This document shows positions 35,504 to 41,860 of a stretch of 42,718 nucleotides of DNA, one piece after another. This DNA is from a virus. The stretch covers positions 1 through 42,718 of the IMG/VR virus record IMGVR_UViG_3300014011_000001. The stretch is one strand, 5' to 3'. The position numbers were made by a program, and so were the translations under genes. How positions within the stretch are numbered: the first letter of the stretch is position 1; every line of letters begins with the position of its first letter. The notes beneath the pieces are model-generated. The model saw only the letters and a program-made list of their open reading frames with translations, had not been told where the DNA came from and made no database searches.

Positions 35504-35540
35504 AAAAAAAGCCGATTAGTTACCTCCCAATAACTAATCG
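35504..35540 (-). terminator. Rho-independent terminator of the small membrane-protein gene
   Basis: Perfect 10-bp stem CGATTAGTTA/TAACTAATCG (35513-35522 with 35531-35540), followed on the minus strand by seven U (plus-strand A-run 35504-35510). Confidence 0.75.
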
Positions 35541-35550
35541 ACCTAAGGCA

Positions 35551-35769
35551 TTACATCTTAAATTTTAAAAACACATACATGATTGTTAGCAAAATGGACA
35601 TTACTAGTGTCCAATGCATCAAGTACGAAAAAAAGTCTTTAACGCTGTGGTTTATTGAAATAAGGTTGTTGTTTATACCTGTTTGTATGTGACTGAAATA
35701 AGCGAAAAGGCAACAACCTATTACACCAAGTAGAAGCGCAATAATATCTGGAATCAACTGTTGCAGCAT
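35551..35769 (-). CDS. Small two-TM membrane protein (72 aa)
   Basis: Strong RBS GGGAGG (complement of 35778-35783) 8 nt before the ATG. Hydrophobic helices IPDIIALLLGVIGCCLFAYF and WTLVMSILLTIMYVFL. Has its own terminator. Confidence 0.65.
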   Translation of the reverse strand: MLQQLIPDIIALLLGVIGCCLFAYFSHIQTGINNNLISINHSVKDFFSYLMHWTLVMSILLTIMYVFLKFKM

Positions 35770-35953
35770 TTCTTGGACCTCCCATCTTTTTGTATAGGGA
35801 AGCTGTTATTAAATTATTGATTGTATAAATGTTTAACGTTTGACATCATTCCTATACCTTTATTTTTGGCATATACCTGTTTCCCGCCAGTTGCTTTAAT
35901 TTCACTATAAAAAGACAAATAAAATGATATAAAGCTACTATACCTAATTCACT

Positions 35954-35982
35954 ATTTTAATATGGAAAAACTAAGTTGTCAA
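35954..35982 (-). promoter_or_regulatory. Sigma-A-like promoter for the small membrane-protein gene (about 175-nt leader)
   Basis: On the minus strand: TTGACA (35982-35977), 17-nt spacer, TAAAAT (35959-35954). Confidence 0.5.
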
Positions 35983-36280
35983 ATACTGTGATAGTTTGAC
36001 ATTTTTTTAGTTGAATCAAAAGTGCATTTTTATAATGAAACTACACTTCTCCTGCTCAACTATCCACTACTATTATACGTAAATTTCTCCGCATAGCAAA
36101 AAAATAATGAGATATTTCATTCTTACTGAACTGATAGTTTTGTTTTTTTTAAGATAACCTTTTAATAAATATATTTCAACCTCTTGCGAAATTCAACAAA
36201 GTTAGAACTACTTGTCCCATATAGTTTTTCGTGGTTAAAAAATTTCTATTATCATTTAATTTTCAAGTAACTCAAAAAAA

Positions 36281-36309
36281 ACAGTAGGGTTTTATCCTGC
36301 TGTTTTTTT
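36281..36309. terminator. Bidirectional terminator-like hairpin
   Basis: ACAGTAGG pairs with CCTGCTGT (8 bp, one G-U), flanked by an upstream A-run (36274-36281) and a downstream T-run (36303-36309). Confidence 0.5.
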
Positions 36310-36432
36310 GTAGTGTATTTTGAAATAAATTGAATGTAAACGGATTACTGTATTCTATAAATCCATCGTTTTATGTACACGAAATGATAGACTATGAAAA
36401 TCTTACTCTGTGTCATATAAAAATAGCCAAAT

Positions 36433-36461
36433 TTGTCTTTTTACTCGTCCACACTTATAAT
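36433..36461 (+). promoter_or_regulatory. Promoter of the resolvase gene
   Basis: TTGTCT (36433-36438), 17-nt spacer, TATAAT (36456-36461), 40 nt upstream of the ATG. Confidence 0.5.
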
Positions 36462-36501
36462 TATATAAAACGTCTGAACGTAGACAGAAAAGAGGTATTT
36501 T

Positions 36502-37068
36502 ATGAGAATTATTGGATATGCCCGTGTCAGTACAGATGACCAAAATTTAGACATGCAACAAATGGCCATTGAAAAATACGCTACAGACAAAAAATTAGAC
36601 TTAGTTATGTATGTGGAGAAGGTATCCAGTAGGAATGACGAAAGAACAGAATTACATAATGCAATGAAAGCAGCAACTACAGGTGATCTTTTTGTTGTCT
36701 TTAAATTGGATCGGTTAGCACGTAGCACAAAGGAGTTGTATCAGCTAACTGACGAGTTAAAAAATAAAAAAGTGGACTTTGTTAGTATTAATGATGCATT
36801 TGACACATCAACGCCAACTGGACGTGCTATGTTCGGCATGCTAGCTGTATTCGCCGAGTTTGAAAGGGATATTATTCAACAACGTACAAAGGCAGGATTA
36901 GAGGCAGCAAGGAAGCGTGGACGTATTGGTGGTCGCCCTTCAGTAGATGAGAAAACAAAACGGCACATCATCACCCTTTTTAATGCTGGAGAAAGTGCAG
37001 TTGATATTGCGAAGGAATTTGGAATTGCTCGCAGTACTGTGTATAAAATCTTAAAAAATAGCAATTAA
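36502..37068 (+). CDS. Small serine recombinase (resolvase/invertase family)
   Basis: MRIIGYARVSTDDQNLDMQ with the catalytic Ser. VFKLDRLARS, FAEFERDIIQQRTKAGL, and the C-terminal HTH SAVDIAKEFGIARSTVYKIL. 188 aa. Confidence 0.95.
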   Translation: MRIIGYARVSTDDQNLDMQQMAIEKYATDKKLDLVMYVEKVSSRNDERTELHNAMKAATTGDLFVVFKLDRLARSTKELYQLTDELKNKKVDFVSINDAFDTSTPTGRAMFGMLAVFAEFERDIIQQRTKAGLEAARKRGRIGGRPSVDEKTKRHIITLFNAGESAVDIAKEFGIARSTVYKILKNSN

Positions 37069-37071
37069 GGT

Positions 37072-37080
37072 TGTGGATAA
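37072..37080 (-). promoter_or_regulatory. Consensus DnaA box (TTATCCACA on the minus strand)
   Basis: The plus strand reads TGTGGATAA, a perfect 9-mer. Confidence 0.6.
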
Positions 37081-37101
37081 CTATTTTTTTACTATTTTTC
37101 C

Positions 37102-37130
37102 TTGCAAAACTTATCCACAAAGTTTATCAT
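37102..37130 (+). promoter_or_regulatory. Putative rep promoter
   Basis: TTGCAA (37102-37107), 17-nt spacer, TATCAT (37125-37130). Would give a leader of about 290 nt. Confidence 0.4.
37111..37119 (+). promoter_or_regulatory. Consensus DnaA box (TTATCCACA)
   Basis: Perfect 9-mer, 30 nt from the inverted partner, inside the spacer of the putative rep promoter. An A-rich tract follows. Confidence 0.6.
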
Positions 37131-37162
37131 TCTATTTAACAAATAAATGAACGGAAAAAAGC

Positions 37163-37268
37163 AAAAAAAAAGAAATCGAGCTTCACAGCTAATTTGAAGG
37201 GACGGCAATCCCTAAAAACGCTCGACTCGATTTCCCAACCATGTGTTTACGCCACATCGGTTTGATAC
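37163..37268 (-). ncRNA. Candidate countertranscript (antisense RNA) to the rep leader
   Basis: Minus-strand terminator: closing stem GAAATCGAG/CTCGATTTC (37172-37180 with 37226-37234) encloses sub-hairpins CTTCA/TGAAG and AGGGA/TCCCT and is followed by nine U (plus-strand A-run 37163-37171). No minus-strand gene nearby could use it. The 5' end is uncertain: best -10 is TATAAT at 37280-37275 with a poor -35. Confidence 0.35.
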
Positions 37269-37311
37269 GCTTATATTATATGTTATTGAGCATAAATGCA
37301 ACCATTTTGGC

Positions 37312-37333
37312 ACAAATAATTTATATTATTTGT
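37312..37333. promoter_or_regulatory. Perfect 9-4-9 inverted repeat in the rep leader
   Basis: ACAAATAAT-ttat-ATTATTTGT. Could be an operator or an RNA hairpin. Confidence 0.5.
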
Positions 37334-37356
37334 CAAAAGCATTTTCATGGCATTAA

Positions 37357-37405
37357 AGCATCTATCAACCTTTGACAACACATTGGTCTGATAGATGCTT
37401 TTTTC
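37357..37405 (+). terminator. Intrinsic terminator immediately upstream of the rep RBS (attenuator candidate)
   Basis: Perfect 11-bp stem AGCATCTATCA/TGATAGATGCT (37357-37367 with 37389-37399), followed by TTTTTTC. The RBS AAAAGGAG and ATG 37429 follow within 25 nt. Confidence 0.7.
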
Positions 37406-37428
37406 GTTTCCAAAAGGAGCGAATACAT

Positions 37429-38208
37429 ATGACATTGCCAGCAACTCATTATACATATCAATATCTACAACCCTTCAAATCTAAAGAGCAATTAAACGCA
37501 AATACAATTGCCATCCGTAAACAATTCAACGATATTTTTAAACCTGCCACAAAGAAAGTTTTAGATTTCTTACATACTCATGCATGTAAATTTTTTGGGG
37601 TATGTTACATGTCAAAAAGCAAAATTGCCAAACAACTAGAATTACATCGATCCACAGTGATACGTGCTTGTGAACAATTAGAGGCATTAGGCATTATTGT
37701 TCAGTACGATACAAAACGTGTGAATGGTGATAAAAGACAGTCTACGAATGCGATTGTTTTTGTGCATCAATTAGCAGCTAAAGAAGCTTTTATAGAAAAT
37801 GCGACACCAGAATGCGACACCGTAGATACTCTTTTAGATACTCCTATTCTTTTAAATAATACAGATGACACAGAAGAACCTGCTAAAAAAGAAGTTGAAA
37901 AATCGCTTTTAAAAGAAGGACTAAAAGCGAAACTACCTGAAACATTGGGTCAAGTATTATCACCATTTTTTGATGCTAATGAAATGTATGAAGTGGTTGG
38001 TACGATTTATAAAGCCAAAGCATCTGTAGATAAAGGAATTAGAATTGAGGATCATGCAAGTGTCTATTATACAAACATTCTTTCAGTCATAAATGCCTGG
38101 GGACGTGGGAAAGCAAAATCACTTCATGGAGTTATGTATAAAGCTATCCAAAATGTTACTCGTACCATTTGGTTAAAAGAGCGAACTAATTCTTATTTCG
38201 GTTTTTAA
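37429..38208 (+). CDS. Plasmid-type replication initiator candidate (winged-HTH protein, 259 aa)
   Basis: ATG 37429 after AAAAGGAG. wHTH-like MSKSKIAKQLELHRSTVIRACEQLEALGIIVQYDTKR. Context: DnaA boxes upstream, partition genes downstream. Family not identified by eye. Confidence 0.6.
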   Translation: MTLPATHYTYQYLQPFKSKEQLNANTIAIRKQFNDIFKPATKKVLDFLHTHACKFFGVCYMSKSKIAKQLELHRSTVIRACEQLEALGIIVQYDTKRVNGDKRQSTNAIVFVHQLAAKEAFIENATPECDTVDTLLDTPILLNNTDDTEEPAKKEVEKSLLKEGLKAKLPETLGQVLSPFFDANEMYEVVGTIYKAKASVDKGIRIEDHASVYYTNILSVINAWGRGKAKSLHGVMYKAIQNVTRTIWLKERTNSYFGF

Positions 38209-38212
38209 TTCA

Positions 38213-38362
38213 AAATGAAGGCATAATAACTTCATTTCAAGAATATATATTAAAAATGATATACATATACTTTCAAAATGAAAGCAAAATGATTTCATTT
38301 TAGCTGTACATTTTAATTTTGTTGGTATATAATTTCATTATGAAAGCAAAATGATTTCATTT
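38213..38362. repeat. Three AATGAA-N-TTCATT palindromic repeats upstream of parM (centromere/operator candidate)
   Basis: AAATGAAGGCATAATAACTTCATTT (38213-38237). The exact 23-mer ATGAAAGCAAAATGATTTCATTT occurs at 38278-38300 and 38340-38362. A TATAAT (38328-38333) lies between copies. Confidence 0.7.
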
Positions 38363-38375
38363 AGGAGGAATAAGA

Positions 38376-39566
38376 ATGAAGTACAGATTAGCTGCAGATG
38401 TAGGAAACTCATCAACAAAAGCTATTATTAGACCACTGGATGACAATGCTAAACCAAAAGCATTAAAGCAAAAAACGTTAATATCTCCAAGTATTACAGT
38501 ACCACCAATGGTTGAAGAAGATTTAGAAACATCAATCAATAATCTTACAAACAACATGATCGTTCATATCAACAGCAAGGCTTTAAAAAGAGCTAGTACA
38601 TTTGCTGTTGGTGAAAAAGCAACATCCGTAGGACGAGTAAAACGCAATATGAACATTGCTATTGGCGATAAACATACAAATGATATACCTGTTGTTATGG
38701 TACTGTCTCTAATAGCATCTAAAGCAGTTCAAGATCACTACAGCATAAATAAGACACTTCCAAAAGATATTGATGTATCTGTGGAGTATTCTACAGCTTT
38801 GCCAGCTCGTGAGTATGATCCTTCAGTTGCACGAGTGTATGAACAACGTTTACTGGAAGAAGTACACATTGTTGATATTTATGTAAATGGAACACCTGTG
38901 ACTGTGCGTGTGAATTTTGAAAAAGTAAAAGTTGCACAAGAGGGTGTGCCTGCTGTATATGCGATAATCGAAGGCGGAGAAAAGTTGTTGTCTGAATACC
39001 ACAATAAATATGGTAGTAAGTCCGCCAACAAGGACTTTGAAAAGAAGAAACTATTACTTGTTGATATTGGTGATGGCACAACTGAATTTATTTATGTAGC
39101 TAGTGGTAAACCGATAAACGATTTATGTGATGGAAAACGTTTTGGAGTAGGTCATGCAGCTGATGTAGCTAAAAATCTGTTTGATGAAGATGTAAAAGTG
39201 CAAATTACAATGACTCGTCAACAATTTATGCAAGTTGTACTTGATAAAGAGCACCATTTCCACGATGCAGCCGTAGATGCTATGAATCAAGCTAACGTAG
39301 AGCAAGCTGAGTTAATCTTAGAACAAATTCAAGACATGGTTTTAAATACGCTATCTGGTAATGTGGATGACATTGTTGTATTTGGTGGTGGATCGGCTGC
39401 GTTTAAAGAAGATATGTATCAAACGCTAATCGAGTTCACAGAGTCAGTGGGAGCACGTACATTATGGATTCCAGAAGATAAAGCACCATCATTAAACGCA
39501 ATTGGATTGGATATTCTAAATGAAAAAGTGTTTTTCAAGGGAGTTGTAGTAGGTAATGGAGAATAG
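38376..39566 (+). CDS. parM: Actin-like plasmid segregation ATPase (ParM/Alp family)
   Basis: Actin-fold motifs: phosphate-1 LAADVGNSSTK, phosphate-2 LLLVDIGDGTTEF, adenosine IVVFGGGSA. 396 aa. GGAGG RBS. Confidence 0.85.
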   Translation: MKYRLAADVGNSSTKAIIRPLDDNAKPKALKQKTLISPSITVPPMVEEDLETSINNLTNNMIVHINSKALKRASTFAVGEKATSVGRVKRNMNIAIGDKHTNDIPVVMVLSLIASKAVQDHYSINKTLPKDIDVSVEYSTALPAREYDPSVARVYEQRLLEEVHIVDIYVNGTPVTVRVNFEKVKVAQEGVPAVYAIIEGGEKLLSEYHNKYGSKSANKDFEKKKLLLVDIGDGTTEFIYVASGKPINDLCDGKRFGVGHAADVAKNLFDEDVKVQITMTRQQFMQVVLDKEHHFHDAAVDAMNQANVEQAELILEQIQDMVLNTLSGNVDDIVVFGGGSAAFKEDMYQTLIEFTESVGARTLWIPEDKAPSLNAIGLDILNEKVFFKGVVVGNGE

Positions 39567-39903
39567 AAAATTAGTTTCTTGGCGATTAGAAAAACTAGAT
39601 AAGAAACAACAAGATACTATTAATGCTTGGCTAAACGCCCAACAAAACATTCAATTATCACTTACTAATGTAGTACAACATATGATTGATCGGCACGGTA
39701 TTACAGACATTATGAACTATGATGTTCAAAAGTCGCTATACACAAATCCAGACGCAATTGCTGTTGAAAAAACAGTCAAATCAGAAGTTCAAATATCTGA
39801 AGAGAAAGAAACTATTTCTCCTAAATCTGAACAAAACGTTCAGGTAGCATCTAAAGATAACAATGATGATGATTTATATGATGAATTGAATAATGTACTG
39901 TAA
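39556..39903 (+). CDS. Probable partition adaptor (ParR/AlpR position)
   Basis: 115-aa ORF overlapping the parM 3' end, with an acidic C-terminal tail (NNDDDLYDELNNVL). Assigned by synteny only. Confidence 0.5.
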   Translation: MENRKLVSWRLEKLDKKQQDTINAWLNAQQNIQLSLTNVVQHMIDRHGITDIMNYDVQKSLYTNPDAIAVEKTVKSEVQISEEKETISPKSEQNVQVASKDNNDDDLYDELNNVL

Positions 39904-39929
39904 ACAATAAAAAAATAAGCCACTCAAAC

Positions 39930-39985
39930 GAGCAGCTTATACTAGGTCTTTTCCAGAGCCAACCCTAGTATAAGTTGCTCTTTTT
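39930..39985 (+). terminator. Rho-independent terminator after the partition operon
   Basis: 17-bp stem GAGCAGCTTATACTAGG/CCTAGTATAAGTTGCTC (one G-U), followed by TTTTT. Confidence 0.75.
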
Positions 39986-40014
39986 CAAAATTATATGGAT
40001 GATGAAGGAGTATT

Positions 40015-40413
40015 TTAAGATCTGTCCTTTATCCAATTACGTAGAATTTCTGAAACATCGACATTCAAACTTTGTGATAATTGTTCAACCTGAGTATGTG
40101 TGATTTTTTCCACTTCCCACAATTCTAACCTAGAAACAAAGCTTGTACTTTTGTAGCCAAGAGACTCAGCCAATTGTTTTTGAGTTAGTCCTTTTCTTTT
40201 TCGAATTGTTTCAACATTTCCTCCGATGATATGTACTTCATTATCTGTGTATACTTCTTTGATTGACAGAGGTTTTAATTGTCTTTGTACATGTTCAGTT
40301 TCCTGTAAAGGTGAGTGAGTTACGTGTTCTAAATTATTTACATGTGTGACTGTAGTAGCCCTTGAATTTGATAGTTTAAACTTGTTTAAAAGTTTATTGA
40401 TAATACCTTTCAA
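40015..40413 (-). CDS. XRE-family HTH transcriptional regulator (132 aa, HTH in the C-terminal half)
   Basis: IRKRKGLTQKQLAESLGYKSTSFVSRLE is a Cro/C1-type HTH. GGAGGTG RBS (complement of 40421-40427). Confidence 0.8.
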   Translation of the reverse strand: MKGIINKLLNKFKLSNSRATTVTHVNNLEHVTHSPLQETEHVQRQLKPLSIKEVYTDNEVHIIGGNVETIRKRKGLTQKQLAESLGYKSTSFVSRLELWEVEKITHTQVEQLSQSLNVDVSEILRNWIKDRS

Positions 40414-40488
40414 AAAAACACCTCCAACCTTATTATTCCAAATAGCAAACAGGATTTCTATCTTAAATTACTAATTTTATAAAGTGCC

Positions 40489-40523
40489 AAAAAAAGAAGG
40501 ACTAGCATATGAGCTAGTCCTTC
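40489..40523 (-). terminator. Rho-independent terminator of the CI-like repressor gene
   Basis: Perfect 11-bp stem GAAGGACTAGC/GCTAGTCCTTC (40496-40506 with 40513-40523), followed on the minus strand by seven U. Confidence 0.75.
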
Positions 40524-40549
40524 AATTGTTTTCATGTACATTAAAACAA

Positions 40550-41191
40550 TTAATCTAAATTCACTATATAGGTTACTACTTTTCCATGGATCTGTAAATG
40601 ACTTACTTCTTCTAAGCTAACAACATAGTCTGAAAATATCGGGTCCGTTGAATCTGGCCTAAATATAATTTTATCTTCATAACGGTACATTCGTTTGACT
40701 GAATACTCTTGATCGTTACTAAATACAACTATATCGCCATTTTTAATGTCATTAAGTTCAATCTTTTTAACAGCAATTAACGTTTGATTAGGTAAAACTT
40801 TATTCATTGACTCTCCATTTACTTTCATGAAGAAAATCTTTTTACATCCAGCCCATTTTCCTAACAATACATCTGGTATTTCAATACTTTCAATATTTTC
40901 AACACCATCAATTGTAAAAGGATTACCTGCTGCTACAGGAACAGGGATAAATCCATATGATGTTGAAGGCTGTTTAACAGTTTCTTCTTCATCCCAACCT
41001 AAAAGGTATGAAGGTGATACATTCAATGCTTTAGAAATAGGTAATATGATGTCATAAGGCATATTTTCAATTTCATCACTTTCATACCTATAAACAGTGG
41101 CTCTATTCTTACCTATCATTTCACCTAGTTTATCTGCAGACATCTTAATTTGTTTTCTTCTTTTCTTAATTCTGCTACCTACAGTTTCCAT
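40550..41191 (-). CDS. CI-like prophage repressor (XRE HTH plus S24 LexA-like autopeptidase)
   Basis: N-terminal HTH MSADKLGEMIGKNRATVYRYE. Ala-Gly cleavage site in PVAAGNPF. Catalytic Ser in VNGESM and Lys in YSVKRMY. Confidence 0.9.
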   Translation of the reverse strand: METVGSRIKKRRKQIKMSADKLGEMIGKNRATVYRYESDEIENMPYDIILPISKALNVSPSYLLGWDEEETVKQPSTSYGFIPVPVAAGNPFTIDGVENIESIEIPDVLLGKWAGCKKIFFMKVNGESMNKVLPNQTLIAVKKIELNDIKNGDIVVFSNDQEYSVKRMYRYEDKIIFRPDSTDPIFSDYVVSLEEVSHLQIHGKVVTYIVNLD

Positions 41192-41217
41192 TCTCTATTC
41201 ACCTCCTGACAAAAATA

Positions 41218-41246
41218 ATTATATCGCAAATGTCGCATATATGCAA
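41218..41246 (-). promoter_or_regulatory. Repressor-maintenance promoter (PRM-like)
   Basis: On the minus strand: TTGCAT (41246-41241), 17-nt spacer, TATAAT (41223-41218). Overlaps operator copy 1. Confidence 0.5.
41233..41246. promoter_or_regulatory. Operator copy 1 (TCGCATATATGCAA)
   Basis: 14-bp palindromic motif with consensus TCGCAyATATGCGA; one arm mismatch. Confidence 0.6.
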
Positions 41247-41274
41247 CGTGTAAAAAGATGAAGTAAATTAAAAA

Positions 41275-41288
41275 TCTCATATATGCGA
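41275..41288. promoter_or_regulatory. Operator copy 2 (TCTCATATATGCGA)
   Basis: Same 14-bp motif, just upstream of the -35 of the rightward promoter. Confidence 0.6.
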
Positions 41289-41297
41289 AAAAAGTCG

Positions 41298-41326
41298 TTG
41301 ACATTGCCTGATAGTTATCATATTAT
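41298..41326 (+). promoter_or_regulatory. Early rightward promoter (PR-like)
   Basis: TTGACA (41298-41303), 17-nt spacer, TATTAT (41321-41326). Confidence 0.7.
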
Positions 41327-41334
41327 GGAGTAAA

Positions 41335-41348
41335 TCGCACATATGCGA
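41335..41348. promoter_or_regulatory. Operator copy 3 (TCGCACATATGCGA)
   Basis: Perfect arms, located between the -10 and the cro RBS. Confidence 0.65.
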
Positions 41349-41367
41349 CAAAAAGGAGGGAGAGAAA

Positions 41368-41586
41368 ATGCCAGATATTAACCTACTTAAAGAAAAAATA
41401 GCAGATTGTGGGCTAGATATGGGTAAACTCGCTAAAAAGATGGGTATGGACCGAAGCACACTATACAGAAAACTTAATAATCAAGGGGAAAAGCTCACTG
41501 TTGGCGACTTGAAAAACATAAAACGCATATTAAATCTATCAAAGGATGAATCTATGCGTATTTTTTTTGACAACTTTGTCGCATAG
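41368..41586 (+). CDS. Cro-like HTH regulator (72 aa)
   Basis: AAAGGAGGG RBS. HTH GKLAKKMGMDRSTLYRKLN. Divergent from the CI-like gene. Confidence 0.75.
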   Translation: MPDINLLKEKIADCGLDMGKLAKKMGMDRSTLYRKLNNQGEKLTVGDLKNIKRILNLSKDESMRIFFDNFVA

Positions 41587-41592
41587 ATGCGA
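41579..41592. promoter_or_regulatory. Operator copy 4 (TCGCATAGATGCGA) within the 22-bp palindrome TTTGTCGCATAGATGCGACAAA
   Basis: Same 14-bp motif overlapping the cro stop codon (TAG 41584-41586). The extended palindrome spans 41575-41596. Confidence 0.55.
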
Positions 41593-41626
41593 CAAATATG
41601 ATTGTTAATAGAAAGTAGGTGTTAAT

Positions 41627-41836
41627 TTGAGCGTACTACAGCCAGGACAATGCTGCCGATTGCGTAAAGCAGTCGGTGAGCGTGTCAATCAGATAACAAA
41701 CGTTAGAGAAGCTCAATCAGCATTGTACAGGGCTTTATATTCGGCCCTTACTGAAAGATTTAACGTTACATCCTACAACCAAATAAATCAAAAGGATTTT
41801 CTAAGTGCATTGCAATTTATTTACACATGGAAATAA
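41627..41836 (+). CDS. Hypothetical protein (69 aa, TTG start)
   Basis: AAGTAGGTG RBS-like sequence. Lies between cro and the replication genes. Confidence 0.5.
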   Translation: MSVLQPGQCCRLRKAVGERVNQITNVREAQSALYRALYSALTERFNVTSYNQINQKDFLSALQFIYTWK

Positions 41837-41860
41837 TTTAGCACTGCTGGAGGTACGATC

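Noticed and set aside
36330-36728. ORFs 36330-36539 (plus strand) and 36441-36728 (minus strand) around the resolvase start
   Set aside because: They overlap the resolvase promoter and 5' end, lack an RBS and are AT-rich low-complexity translations. The resolvase reading frame is unambiguous.
37372-37428. N-terminal extension of the rep ORF (track start 37372, MTTHWSDRCFFRFQKERIH)
   Set aside because: The extension consists of the terminator hairpin, the U-tract and the RBS itself. ATG 37429 has a proper AAAAGGAG RBS.
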